This document shows, one piece after another, positions 39,606 to 54,678 of a DNA stretch of 64,000 nucleotides (its first letter is position 1; each line of letters opens with the position of its first letter). This DNA is from Octopus vulgaris (Eukaryota), in the NCBI GenBank assembly GCA_951406725.2, contig OX597816.1, positions 160,208,001-160,272,000 on the forward strand. Reading direction: 5' to 3'. The notes beneath the pieces were generated by a model. The model had not been told where the DNA came from and searched no databases. It was given only the letters and a program-made list of their open reading frames with translations. Both the position numbers and the translations under genes were made by a program.

Positions 39606-41633
39606 ATGCCTGTATTTGCATCATCACTATCAACATCTTCATCATCCTGATCACCACCACCACAACCATCATTCTCACTGTCATTAGCATTATTGCTCAT
39701 CATCAGCTTTACTCTTCTCACACACCACCACCACCACCACCACCATCATCATTATTCCCATCCTTTCCACTTCTACTGAGGACATTAGTTGCTCTGGGAA
39801 TTCGAATTATGTCCCGGAACTGCTGATAAAGTTTGGTTCCTTTGTTCCCTCCCCACTACTCCCTCATCGCCACTCCCTTTAGTGATGCCCACCCGGATTC
39901 TGTTACAAATGTTGCATGTGTATGGAGCAGTCAGGGGTATTTTTTGACCTTTCTTTCTCTCTGTAGAGTTTTTACACATGCCCACTAAATGTTGGGAGGT
40001 TCAAAAAAGCGTGGATTTTTACAGGTTGAGAAAGATTTACCATCATTTGCTGCTGGAGGAAAATAATGGTCAGCTTGACCTTCAGAATGCAGTACTATTT
40101 CAGTATCATGGTGCAGGCATGGCTGTGTGGTTAAGAAGCTCACTTTGCAATCTCATGGTTTCAAGTTCAGCTCTGCTGCATGGCACCTTGGGCAAGTGTA
40201 TTTGGCAAATGCTTTGTGGGTGAATTTGGAACATAGACACTATACGGAAGATTGTCTCATGATTACACATGAGTGTGTGTGTGTGTGTGTGACCAGTTGT
40301 GACCCATGCATACTAGTTTCCCCTTCTCCACACCATCAGTGTTATCCAAGGGAAAGGCAAAGCCCGATACAACTAGGTACTAGTGGCATTGCATTTCATT
40401 TTTACAGCTGAGTGAACTGGAGCAACATGAAATAAAGTGTTTTGCTCAAGAACACAACACGCACCCCAGTCCTGGAATCAAACTCACTACCTCATGATTG
40501 TGAGACCGGCACTCTAACCACTGAGACACGCGCCTTCATGAGTAACAATCACACCATTATGAATATAGCTTTTGCACTAAAAACCATCATGAGTATGAGA
40601 GTTTCTCGCTTGAAATCTAGCACAGTATAGTTTGTTCTAACAGAGCATCCACATTTAACTTTGGTATTCCTTTAGAAACCACATCTTATAATACAGAATA
40701 AGCACCATTTATATCTTTGCTTGGATTTTTTCTGTTCGACTGTCAATTTTAAATCTCTTCAATTTCTGTTCAAATTGATTTCCTATTCAGTGTAATGATG
40801 TAGTTTTATATTCTAATCAGTTCCATGAAATTCATTTTTGTCATAAATCAATAGATACAGAGTTATTAGCTTTTAGAATTTGCAAATATTGGTTAATTTT
40901 AGCCAATTGTAAACCAAGGACACATTCATACCTGTTTCAATAGTAATATGCCAAACATGAGAACCTTTTTGTCAGTGAGAGAGCAAGTGTTGACGAATAT
41001 ATTCTATGTGAAAGTATGTGCGTCGATGCTGTGTTCTGCTGCTTTTGCTCATCTGCTGCTTGTGCTCTGGTCAAGGGATGTGTTAAAAATAACTAGACCT
41101 TAAATCATGCACCCTCAGTTTTTTGGGGGTGGGGTTGCATAATTGTATGAATTTTCGAGTGTAGAATACAAATTAGTAAAAATTTTCTGAAAATTCCAAA
41201 AAATAAAAAGAAAGTTATGAGGAGTTAAATGTTGTGCATAAAGCAGAAATTGATTTATTTACTGTTTCATATTAAAACCCATCATGTACAAAATGACAGC
41301 TTCCAAATCCTGTTTTCTGACAGAGTGAAAATTTCCTGGAAAAAGTAAAACATCTCCTGAGATTCAGCTTGGAAAACTAAATTAATACACCCACTACACT
41401 CTGAGTGGTTGGCATTAGGATAGGCATCCAACTGTAGAAACCTTGCCAGATCAGATTGAAGCTTGGTGCAGCCACCTGGCTTGCCAGTTCCCAATCAAAC
41501 CATGCAACTCATGCCAGCATGGAAAGCGGACGTTAAACGATGATGATGATGATGACACCAAATTTTAAAATTTTCAATAAACTTTGAAATTTCTACAGTT
41601 ACATTCAAACAGAAAAGATCATTTTGTTTAACT

Positions 41634-41977
41634 CAGTAGTTCTCAACTGGGATCCATATAGACCCTGAGGGTCCATAGAAAATTTTTGGAGGTTTGCACA
41701 ACAAAATAGTGAATTGTAGAAGCACAATTTTAAGGACACCTAAAAAAAATTGCATTAGATGTATGTATTTGTATGTATTGGAAGTAACCACGAGGTTTCT
41801 TTTTCTAACATTTTACATATTTCACCCTACACAAGTTAATGTGTGAAAAATAAAATAGGAATTTTGAAAGGAATTTCTATAAAACTAGTTTTTAGACAGT
41901 GAATGGATATGGTGGGGTCTACCAGAATGAAATAGTAATCAAAGGGGTCCATTGATAAAAAATGGTTGAGAACCCTG
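41634..41977. mobile_element. hAT-type MITE (related decayed copy near 44178-44400)
   Basis: TIR cagtagttctcaac / gttgagaaccctg. Degenerate 8-bp TSD gtttaact / acttaact. Confidence 0.7.
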
Positions 41978-43464
41978 ACTTAACTCCTTAAACATTAGTA
42001 TTTAAACTGGTCATATCCAACCCAAATTTGTTATCCATTTTTTTGCTCAAACCAGTCAGATCCAGCCTCTTACACCTATCCTAAAATGCCATTCTAAAAA
42101 TACACAATCAGATCATCAAAATCTTGATGCTATGAGACAAAATAATGTTTCTTAAAAACAATGTGAACCAATAAAATATTAAATTTGACAGAATAATCAA
42201 AAGGTTCCTTTCCATTCTTTCAAGGAGCAGCTTTTGCCATCTTTCTTGGTACCTTTATTTTTTATTGGAATTCCATCCACTTTAATTCACTCACCACTCC
42301 CATTACTTTTATACTTGTGAGTGTTTTTGTATTTACGGCTATGGCTAGTCTTAGATATTTCTGTCATGTTTTTGCCACCACCCACTCACATCACCCCCCC
42401 ACACACACACACACACATTTCCATTTCTATCATCATCATTATTACCATTATCATCAGTAGCAGCAGCAGCTTCTTCATCATCACATTTAGCATCATCATC
42501 ACCATCATCATGTTATAGTTGTCATGATCATCCTTTATCTCTTTCAACAAAGCCTTTCCTCCTCTCCTCCCCCTTTCCTTCTTTACCTCTACCTCTTTCT
42601 TCCAAGTATTTATTTATTATACTTCCTAGGCAGCTTCCTTCCTGGTTGGGGGTCATTTATTTTATCCAAGGGGCTATTATTCTACCCGCCACTCCTTCCT
42701 CTAACACATGCTATACCTACTATAAGGCCCTTCATCTTCCCCATAGCCCCTTAAACTAAAGGGTAATCATCTTCATGGGATGATATGGAAGAGGGAGCTG
42801 TATGCTATCTCCTTCAAAGATAACCCAAAGGGTCAAAAGTTAGGTCAAAGTCCCCCCCACCAAATCAGTCAGTATTAAATTAGGGTCTTGTAAATGTAAG
42901 TATGGAGATAAGGCTTTTTTGGGGGAGGACCCCTGCTGTTTGATGTTTATTGCTTTGAAAGCTAGAAGAAAAAGGACCCTATCATGTCTTCAACCAGGTC
43001 TTTCATTTTCTGGACCCCTTTTACGCTTTCTTCAGTTAACCAATGTTCTGATCAGTGATTTTGTGTGTGTGTGTGTGAGAGAGAGAGAGCGAGAGAATGA
43101 GAGAGAGAAAGAAGGATAGAGAGCAAGACAGACAGACAGAAAGTGTATGTCTGTGAGAGAAAGAGAGATAGAAAATGTGTGTGAGAGAGTGAGAGAGGGA
43201 AAGAGTGAGAAGGATTGAGAGCATGACAGACAGAGAGAAAGTGTGTGGGAGAAACAGAGAGACAGACAGACAGAAAGTGTGTGTATGTGAGAGAGTTGAA
43301 CCAACTAACCCCAGGACTTATTCTCTGTAAGCCTAGTACTTATTCTGTTGGTGTTTTTTGCTGAACTGCTAAGTTATGGGGACGTAAACACACCAACATC
43401 AGTTGTCAAGCGATTGTGAGGAAACAAACACAGACATACTAACATATACATACATACATACATA

Positions 43465-43510
<46 letters not shown>

Positions 43511-43520
<10 letters not shown>

Positions 43521-43812
43521 GAAATGAGGTACTCAGAAAATTGGATGGTTTATATTTACAGATATTTATTTGTATATTACATTTTTTATACATCATATAA
43601 CTTAGATCATGTATTAGCGCTTTCTCCCATTCTAGTGGGGTTTCCAAATCAAACTAAGTTCCTGTGTGAAAAGTTTTGATCATTTTATAGTGATATTGAG
43701 TTTGTAGTGGTGGGGTGGAATATAAGAAAGTACAAGAGGGTGATGGATGAGAAATAAATATCTGTAAATATAAACCATCCGATTTTCTGAGTACCTCATT
43801 TCTTCTAATATA
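43511..43812. mobile_element. Element with 61-bp inverted terminal repeats (1 mismatch) inside a SINE microsatellite
   Basis: 43511-43571 is the reverse complement of 43752-43812. Confidence 0.85.
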
Positions 43813-44454
43813 AAATACCTGTACATCATCTCCAAACCTTCCATATATACATACATACACACAACAGGCTTCTTTCAGTTTCTGTCTACCAAATCTAATC
43901 ACAAGGCTTTGGTCAGCCTGAGGCTATAGTAGAAGACACTTGCACAAGGTGCTACACAGTGGGACTGAACCTGAAACCATGTGGTCAGGAAGCAAGCTTC
44001 TTACCACACAGCCACACCTGCACCTATGTTTAATTTGCTTCAGCCATTGGACTACAGCCATACTAGAGGGGACCACCTTGAAGGATTTAATCAACCAAAT
44101 TGACACCAAGACTTGTTTTACTTAAAATCTCTTACTTATTCTTCAGTCTCTGTTCCCAAAAGCTATGGGATGCGAACCTGTGGTTTTCAACCAGGATTCA
44201 TATGACCCTTGGGGATCCATATGAGATTTTGCTGTTAAATTTTGTGTGCAATAAATTGGTCATGCTTCTACAGTACACAAAATACTTTAATTAAAAAAAA
44301 TATAATGGGATTCTTTAAACATCAAATGGCTATGAGGATCCACCTGAGTAAAATAGGAACTAAATGGGTCCAAGGGCAAAAAACAGTTTGAGAAACACTA
44401 ATGTAAGCAAGCCAACACCAGTTGTCAAGCTGAGAACAAGCAGAAAGAGAGAGA

Positions 44455-44491
<37 letters not shown>

Positions 44492-45333
44492 GATGGGCGT
44501 CCATACAATTTCCAGCTACTAAATTTATTCAAGGCATTAATTGGCTTGGGGCTAGAGTACAAGCCCAAGGTGCCATGCAATGGGACTGAACCCAAAACCA
44601 TGTAGTTGTAAATCAAGCTTCTTAACCACACTGCCACTCTGTTGGTTATGACAACAAGTATTCCAGCTGATCCAATCAATGGAACAGCTTGCTCATGAAA
44701 TTAATGTGCATGTGGCTGAGCACTCCACAGACACGTGTACCCTTAATGTAGTTCTCAAGGAGATTCAGCGTGACCCAGAATGTGACAAGGCTTGATTCTT
44801 TGAAATACAGATACAACTCATATTTTCCAGCTGAGTGGAATGGAGCAATGAGAAATAAAGTGTCTTGCTCAAGAGACACAACATGCTGACAGGAATTGAA
44901 CTGCTGACCTTACGATTACGAGCTAAATATCCTAACCAATAAGCCATGTATCTTCACTTCTTAACCATACACAAATGCCGTAAAGTTTTCCTAATTGCAA
45001 CATAGATATTTCTTAAACTTCTGCAAGTCTAACTGAAGAATGGATTTTGGATTGGACAATTTCGAAGAACAGTGCAGTATTTTAGAATTACTCATCACTT
45101 CTTCTTTGACAATACATTGGTGCCAAGATGTCTGGAACTTGCAACAGACATACTGTAAAGGTAACTGGATACTATGACCAAATCCTTTTATTTGCCACTT
45201 TATCTCTTTCATCTCTTTATATCAAATCTAACACATTAATCTTGTTCTTTCCTAACTTTCAACTCCTTTTAAGAAGTCTAGGAATTTCAATGGCGCACAC
45301 ACAGACACGCACACACACAGACACGCACACACA

Positions 45334-45377
<44 letters not shown>

Positions 45378-46845
45378 CATGCACACATGCACACACACAC
45401 TAATCATTGTAACTCATTGATATTTTTTATTCTTTTATTTGTTTTAATCGGTTGATTGTGGCCATGCTGGAGCATTGCCTTAAGGAGTTTTATTCAAAGA
45501 AATTAACCCCAGAACTTCTCCTTTGTCAGCCTAGTAATTATTCTATTGGTCTCTCTTGCTGAACTGCTAAGTACAGGGACATAAACACACCAACATTGGT
45601 TGTCAAGGTTGAGGGACAAGCACAGACACAAACACACAAATATGCACACACACTACTCACACACACACACACACGCATATATGACGGGGTTTCTTTCAGT
45701 TTCTGTCTACCAAATCCATTCATAAGGCTTTGGTCGGCCCAAGGCTATAGTAGAAGACACTTGCCCAAGGTTCCACACAGTGGGACTGAACCCAGAACCA
45801 TATGGTTAGGAAGCAAGCTTCTTACCATGCAATCATGCTCATGTCTACATACATATATATATATATATGTTCATCTATCTGCCTGTCTATCTATCTACCC
45901 ATCTCCTTTTCCATCTGTCTGTCTGTCTCTCACTAATCTTTTTATCTTTTACTTGTTTCAGTCATTTGATAACAGCCATATTGGGGTGCTTAATTGAATA
46001 AAACCAATCCTAGTTAACCAATCTTAAGTCTGATGTGTATTCCATCAGTCTCTTTTGTCAAACTGCAAGGTTATGGGGCCATAAAGAAACAACACCAGTT
46101 GTCAAGCTATGGATGAACTAGCACAAAAACACATGCACATATGTAATAAAAACATATGAATGGATTGTTTTCATCCAACCCATGCTAGCTTCATCCAACC
46201 CATGCTAGCATGGAAAACGGACATTAAACGATGATGATGATGATGATGATTAGAACATACGTAAGACTACACAATATGTCATGCAAATCTCAACTCATCA
46301 GGCTTATGAAATAAACTATTGAGCAGTGACATGTTTTATCAACAGATGATTAATGAATAAAATTCCTAATCAGAATTACCAACATTTAAGAAATGTAAGG
46401 TTGGAGGAGACTACAATCTGTCAACCCACAAGGGTGGATAGCAGAAAGAGGTTGTAACTTAAAGAGTAGTTAGAGAGATTTCTATTCAAAGGATGTCATT
46501 AAACCTAGCAACCTTGCTCATAAAGGCTGGTAATTGCAAAATATGACTGGATCTTTGTCAAACTGTCCAGCTCATGGAACATGGGCACTAACTGACGATG
46601 ATGGTGATGATATATGTGTATCAACATGTGTGTATTATAAAATGATGGTTTAAAGTGGTTTGACAATTTAGCATCTATTTTCAGCATATAGGCATGGTCC
46701 TCTCTGTGCCCTTAATTATAATTGTATTTTATACAATTATAAATCTCTATATATTAATTTACCTAAACAGGTCTATTTTATATGCTGGCCATTGATAAAA
46801 ATTTTAAACAATTTTATCCTTTATTTTATATATATATATATATGA

Positions 46846-47025
46846 TTGACTGCTAGCTCCAAAGTTTTTTATTCTCTCTCTGTTTATTTCCTCGTGTTCC
46901 TTTCTGTTGAAGAGCATAGGCTCAAAATGTAAAGGACTTCCTCACTTTCCTGAGCATTAAATTAATACACCTGTGTGTTGTTTATACACCTGTTTTTGTC
47001 TTTTGTTTTTCTGTAAATTTCAACT
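46846..47025 (+). mobile_element. Second copy of the CUGUUGA hammerhead-like element (motif 46898-46936)
   Basis: UCCUUU-CUGUUGA-A-GAGC-auag-GCUC-AAAAU-GU-AAAGGA, with GAAAC decayed. (TA)n on both sides. Confidence 0.55.
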
Positions 47026-47027
47026 AT

Positions 47028-47087
<60 letters not shown>

Positions 47088-48214
47088 GCACACACATTAC
47101 CATCATCATCATCCAACGCCAAGCACTCTGAGAGTGTAGTGGGTGCTTTTTACATGCCACCGGCATGGGAGCCAGTCAGTCAGCACTGGCATCAACCACG
47201 TTTGGATGGTGCTTTTTACATGCTGGACTTCCACACAGCTCCAAATTGACAAATTTGCTTTCAATGCATTGTTCTGCCTTGGGTTTTATTAGAGGACAAC
47301 TGCCCTCAGTGCTGATCTTAAGGACTGAACCTGAAACGACTTAGTTGTAAAACAAGCATCTTAACGATGCAGCCATGCCTGCCCCTGAAACATTTTTTAG
47401 GAAAAAATTGAACCAGGGAAAACAATATCTGATAATAATGGTGACTGAGTTTTAGTTTACCATTTACTTGTGTTAGTCATTAGACTGTGGCCATGCTGGG
47501 GCACCACCTTAAAGGGTTTTAGTTGAACAAATCAACCCCAAGACTTGTTTTTATGCCTGGCACCTCTTCTTTTGGTCTCTTTTGCTGAACTGTTATGTGG
47601 ATGTAGACAAACCCACACTAATTGTTATCTGATAATGGGAAACACACAAACACACACAGTGGGCTTGTTTTAATTTCCATCTACCAAATCCATTCACAAG
47701 TCTTTGGTTGACCCAAAGACTTAGTAGAAGACACTTGCCCAAGGTGCCATGCAATAAGACTGATCCTGGAACCATGTAGTTGGGAAGCAACTACACAGCC
47801 ACACCTCATTTTTTTCTTTCTCTGTCAGATTAGAATTTTCATCCCTATTAGGGATGATAAATTACCAGTTGTATACTGAGAATAAGTTGTCAAGAGTTGC
47901 GTCATCTAAGAAAATTAACACTGATTTTATATATATATATTTATATATAGAGACACACACACACACACACACTCACACAGAGAGCGTAGTTTTGTGTGTT
48001 AATGTTTCTTCATTTTTTTTAGAAAATATCTAAAGTTCAATGACTAAGAAATGTGAAATTAAAATGATAAAAATAAAATTAGCAGAAATGTAAAACCTTC
48101 AAAGGAAAATGACTCTTTCCCCTGTAATTTCATAACCAGAAGGGTGGATGTGTGTGGTAGAATCAGTGGGTATTCATCCTTATGTACATATATATATATA
48201 CTTTTATATATACT

Positions 48215-48600
48215 TTTATTCTTTTACTTGTTTCAGTCATTTGACTGTGGCCATGCTGGAACACCACCTTTAGTCAAACAAATCAACCCCAGGACTTATT
48301 CTTTGTAAACCTAGTACTTATTCTATTGGTCTCTTTTGCCGAATAACTAAGAGATGGGGACATAAACCCACCAACATTAGTTATCAAGCGATGGCGGGGA
48401 TGCACACACACACACACGCATATATATATATATACGATGGGCTTCTTTCAGTTTCCGTCTACCAAATCTACTCACAAGGCTTTGGTTGGCCCAAGGCTAT
48501 AGTAGAAGGGGCACTTGCCCAAGGTGCCATGCAGTGGGACTGAATCCAGAAACATGTGGTTGGTAAGCAAGCTACTTACCATACAGCCACTCCTGTGCCT
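48215..48600 (-). mobile_element. Full-length family A SINE
   Basis: Colinear with the reverse complement of 23885-24272. Confidence 0.85.
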
Positions 48601-48753
48601 CCACGCAACCACTGTGCCTTGAGACAGCCACTGTGCCTCCATGTAGTCACTTTGATAAATTGAGTGAATTCTTTCCTTGGAATAAGTAGCTTTGTGTCAA
48701 CGTTAGAAATCTTCATAATCATGATGGTGATGATGATGACCATCATCATCATT

Positions 48754-48814
48754 CATCATCATCATCATCGTTTAACGTCCGTTCTCCATGCTAGCATGGG
48801 TTGGACGGTTCGAC
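48754..48814 (-). mobile_element. 61-bp 5'-truncated family C tail flanked by a 68-bp direct repeat
   Basis: 48686-48753 is identical to 48815-48882. Confidence 0.85.
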
Positions 48815-49485
48815 GTAGCTTTGTGTCAACGTTAGAAATCTTCATAATCATGATGGTGATGATGATGACCATCATCATCATTGTTACTGAGAAATGGATT
48901 TTTTTAGCTTGTCAGAATTAGTTCTAACAAATTAGCCATTACTAAATGTGTGGTATTAACTTCGTTTACCCAACCTCATCTAGTATTAAATTACTAATGA
49001 CAGTATTTAATTGATGAAGCTTAAGAATATGATGGCATTAGAGGTTCCATAGCAACCTTGACGTTAAAACAAAGACAAGACACCAATTTACTGTTGGCTT
49101 TTTCTTGATGGCTTAATGGATGTTTTCTGTCTCTATCAACTCTCTTTCATGTTGTATTCTCTTTTAACTCCAAGAAATGAAAAATAAGAAGTTTGATGGA
49201 ATGCTTTTACCTAAATGAATCTTGAATTACTAAAAGTTTAATTCTGTTGTATTGCTGAAGCTCAGGCAACTGCTTTCCATCTCCATCCCCAATAACTCCA
49301 TTTTTTTGCCATTGTTCTCATGCTTCTTTCATCCACTCATTCAAGCCTTTCTTATTTCTTTACTGCCCACAAGGGGCTAAACATAGAGGGGACAAACAAG
49401 GACAGACAAACGGATTAAGTCGATTATATTGACCCCAGTGTGTAACTGGTACTTAATTTCTCAACCCCGAAAGGATGAAAGGCAA

Positions 49486-49802
49486 AGCCACTTCTCCTTC
49501 TGCATCAACCCCCTTTAGTTACTTCTGCATTGACCCCCTTTAGCCACTTCTCCTTCTGCATCGACCCCCTTTGGCCACCTCTCCTTCTGCATCAGCCCCC
49601 TTTAGCCACTTCTTCTACATCAACACCCTTTAGCCACTTTTCCTTCTGCATCAACCCCCTTTAGTTACTTCTGCATTGACCCCCTTTAGCCACTTCTCCT
49701 TCTGCATCGACCCCCTTTGGCCACCTCTCCTTCTGCATCAGCCCCCTTTAGCCACTTCTTCTACATCAACACCCTTTAGCCACTTTTCCTTCTGCATCAA
49801 CC
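49486..49802. repeat. 25-31 bp minisatellite with a 5-unit (146 bp) higher-order repeat
   Basis: Unit agccacttctccttctgcatcaacccccttt. The order of variants repeats after 5 units. About 11 units in total. Confidence 0.9.
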
Positions 49803-51652
49803 ACCCTCCTCATTTAATTGTCGCCTGACAATTCAAAAGTACTTTTTAAATGGGCTCATTCTGTGAATTTTCTTTCCTTTCATCCTTTTGGGGGTCGATA
49901 AATTAAGTACCAGTGAAACACTGGGGTCAATGGAATTAACTACTCCCCTCCCACCAAAATTTCAGGCCTTGAGTCTATTGTAGAAAGGATTATTATTATT
50001 ATTATTATTATCATTATTATTATCATTTTGATGACGATGGTGGCAGTGGCTGTGGTACAGCCCTCTTGATATTAAAAGCTCTATAGATAAATCTGTGGGA
50101 TGTCTTTGGGGAGTAATTTACTCAAAAACATCATTTGCATGAAAAATAATAATTAACTGTTAACTTATTAAATGCAGTCAACAATCTAATTAGTAATAAT
50201 AATGTATTGAATAAAGACAACATTAGTCAATGGCTAGTATTGTTTTAATCATATTGTCTAGTACAGGAAACAGTAAAGCCTCAATTTCATGGTACATTTG
50301 TTGTTCCTGCTTCTGAGTTCAAATCCCAGCAAGATTAACTTAGTCTTTCATTATTCTGAAGTTTATTAAATAAATACCAGTAATATACAACTTGTTACCA
50401 GTTGAGTTATGCTTGAGGCTTATCTGAACCCCTAAAGACCTGGGTTTGAATATGCCTCAACCATATCTGAACTGGTAACAAGTTTGTATTTATACATCAT
50501 ATCACTGTTTAGTGTTTCTATTCTGTATCAGTAATACGCAAAGAGCAATCGGGTGGCGAGTTGGCAGAGTTGTTACTGCTTTGGGCAAAATGCTTAGTGG
50601 AATTTCGTCTGTCTTTACGTTCTGAGTTCAAATTGCGCTAAAGTTGATTTTGTCTTTCATCCTTCTGGGGTTGATAAGACAAGGACCAATTGATCACTGG
50701 GGTTGATGTAATTGACTTACCCCCTCCCCTGAAATTACTTACCTTGTGCCAGCTAAAATATTTAATGAGGAAATCAGAAATTCAACACAACCACTTAAAT
50801 AGATTATAGATAAGTTAGTGTCAACGTATATATTTAATAATGAACATTAAAAAGCATTAATTAGAGAATAATTAGGCAACTGGGAAATGACAAATATTGG
50901 TTAATCACTCGTGTCATTTTAATTATTTCTGCAAATATAAGAGTGAAGTGAAGTACATGTCCTAGTGGTTAGGGTGTTGTAATCATGATCTCATGGTCAT
51001 GATTTTGATTCCTGGACAAGTTGCTATGTTGTGATCTTCAGCAAAACACTTCATTTTACATTACTCATGTTACACCAATCCACTTATCCTTTAAAGGCAG
51101 GGTGCTCCAGCCTGGCTGCAGTTTGTTAATAGAAACAAGTAAAATATAAAAGATCTATGTGCACCCAAATATTTCTATTTGCTCTTAAGTCCATTACGGA
51201 TTAAAAAAAGAAAGAAAAACCCCATTTGTGAAGCAGTTGTTTTAGAGAATTGGCTGCCATTTCGCATGTTGGTTTCTCTCTTAAAATGTCTTTAAGCGAT
51301 TTAACTGCATTAGCTAACACTAGTAATGTTTATGGTGTTGGATGGAATTATCTGGTTGCTAATTAGCAGAACAATTCAGTTTATTGTACCAGTTAACTTT
51401 ATATAATTAATAATTGTCTTTCATCAACAACATGGTCTGACGAAAATGCTCATTTACCAAGCTGCTGTTTAAGTCAAATTACAATACACACATATGCACT
51501 CATATGCACACATAAACACATGCATGCATGTGCATACACACATGCATGCAGACATAGATGCACACATTCAGTTCATCATCATCACAACCATCATAACCAT
51601 CATCATTTAAACTCCACATTCTTCCGTTAACAACCCATGCAAGTAGTCTAAA

Positions 51653-51674
51653 ACACATACACATATATATGTAC

Positions 51675-51761
<87 letters not shown>

Positions 51762-51782
51762 TATATATCGATGTATGTTTGG

Positions 51783-51813
<31 letters not shown>

Positions 51814-51997
51814 CTGATGTATGTTTGTATATGTATGCGTGTATATATGTGTGTGTATATATATATATGTATATATATATGTATGTATTTGTATATACAT
51901 GTAAGTATATGTGTGTATGTATATATATGTATGTATTTGTATATACATGTAAGTATATGTGTGTGTATATTTATATATGTATATATGTGTGTGTATG

Positions 51998-52030
<33 letters not shown>

Positions 52031-52161
52031 ATATATATATATATATGTGTGTATGTGTATATATATATGTGTATGTATATTTATATATATGTGTATGTAT
52101 ATTTATGTGTGTATGTATATATATGTATGTATATATATATGTGTGTGTGTATATATATGTG

Positions 52162-52205
<44 letters not shown>

Positions 52206-52222
52206 TATGTGTGTGTGTGTGT
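51653..52222. repeat. Long (TA)/(TG) compound microsatellite
   Basis: Seen directly. Confidence 0.95.
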
Positions 52223-52573
52223 GATGTGGCCTTTGCATTAGCTGCATGATAGATGATGTAGAATGCAACTAGCTTCAAAAGTCATGTATTTGTTGTCCTT
52301 CTTTACTTTCACTAATTACTTAATTATGTATGCAGGGGGAATTCAGTGTTTTACTGGCTTCAGCTTTTTGTTGGGTGTCATTTGTTTTTTGTTTTTTTTC
52401 ATTTTATTTTATTTCTCTTGGGCATGGCTGTGTGGTTAAAAAAGCTTATTTTGAAACCATGTGGTTTCTGGTTCAGTCCCAGTCTGCAGCGTTTTGGGCA
52501 AATGTGTTCTACTATAGCCCAAGACTGACCGATGCCATGGATGAATTCGGCAGATAGAAACTGTGTGGAAACC

Positions 52574-52661
<88 letters not shown>

Positions 52662-54678
52662 CTACATGAGTGTGTTGTGTGTGTGTGTGTTTATGTCTAT
52701 GTGTGTGTCTCGATATTTCTGTTTCTTGCCTCCTGATCATTACCACCATTCGACAACTGGTATTGGTTTGTTTATGTCCCTGTAACTTTGCAGTTTTAAT
52801 AAGTACCAGACTTAAAAAACAAGTACTGGAGTTGATTTGTTTGACTAAGCCCTTCAGGGTGGTGCCCCAACATGGTCACAGTTCAGTGACTGAAACCAGT
52901 AAAAAAAGAAAAGATAAGCTTATCATAAGTCGAAGGGACAGGAGTGGGGGACAACGTGTATGATCTTCTCTACAGCTCTGTATATTATTATTATTATTAT
53001 TATTGAGTGAGAGAGCAGTGCATGCCATCAAAGTGACACTGGGGTAAAATATATGAGGCCCAGTATACCCATCATGACTACTTGTCTGATAAGAGTAAAC
53101 CAGGTACATGCATTACAACCATATGTGTGCGACATGGTCATCTTCTGGTCGAGTAGCCCATCCCGCTCGAAAGGTCCCTGAATAAGGATTGTTTAAGGAT
53201 GTTAAATGAACCACCCATATTTCCAAAGGTGGATTATCCAAACCTCCATGATAACACTTCCAATCATTTAAGATCAGAAGCCACGAGAGCCATTGCTTGG
53301 TACTGCATCAGGGCATTTGTTATTATTATTATAAGATGGTCAAAGAGGGAAGACAGTTCCCTTGAGCTTTGCAGGCCTAGTCAGACTGTTAATATCGATG
53401 TTATTGATGTTCAACTTGAAAGATCTGTAGGTCAGTGATTGTAGGGAATTTGAGAGAGTTGCAGATTTGGGATAAGAAGGGCCACAAGAAATACATTTTT
53501 TGAAGGGAATAAAAGGAGGAAATCAAGCATTTATGAGGGCTAGTAGTTGTAGTATGTTGAGGAGTACTAAACCATTTTTTTGTTATCTATGAATCCATTT
53601 GATTTCTAATTTATTTGGATGAATCCTCCAAGCTATTTTTATATTTTTATGTATGTTGCTAATTTACAATTGTTGTGCAATGTCAAGAGGAATGAGGCAC
53701 AAACACATATGCACATGAATCCACTCTCACGGAGACATACATACACCCATACATACAAACATTCATACACACACACACACACACACATTCATACACATGC
53801 ACACACTCACACACACACATATAAACATTTATCCACATACATACACATACATACAAACATTCACACACATACACATACATGCACACACATACAAACATTC
53901 CCCCACCCACCCACATACAACAGGCTTCTTTCGCTTTCATATCCAAAAACCACTCACAAGGCTTTGCTTGGCCCAGGGCTGCAGAAGACACTTGCCAAAG
54001 GTGTCATGCAATGGAACTGACTTAGGACTACATGGTTAGACAGCAAACTTCTTAACCACAAGCCAGGCCTCTGTCCATTTCTGTATTAATATTTAAGAAA
54101 AAAAATTCTATTTTCATTCATTTGTACACAACAAAGAGTTGCTTCACACATTCTTGTTTTGGAAGACGAGAGTTAAGCAAAATATAAAGGCCACTGACTT
54201 AGAAATCAATAGTAAACACATTAAAATCTATTTAAAACAAAGAAAGCTGTAGAGGGTGTTTAAAGACAAATGGTTTGTGTGTAGAAGCTCCCAATCTCAT
54301 TAGATGTAAGATCTTCCTCTGTGCAATTCTCTAACTCTCCCTTGGATAAAGGAAGGCTGTATTCTAAACCAAAATACCAGTACTTCTGATATAATGAGCA
54401 ATGAAGGACTTGTAAAGGTTAAACAATTCTTATATATACAAGCTGTACGACTGTCCAAACAAATCTTTTGTTTTTGTTTCGCGTCAATACATAGAGTATG
54501 GGGGGAATGTGCAGATGTTTTGGCAAACATTGAGAGGCCAGCCTTTAGAATAAACAGCTTTGGAACAATGGTGCTTTTAATAGCAAAGTGTGTGGTTGGC
54601 AGTATTGAAATTCATTGTTGGTAAATGAAGAGGAACACGTATATATTCTTTTATTTTATTATCAGTATCATTATTGTG

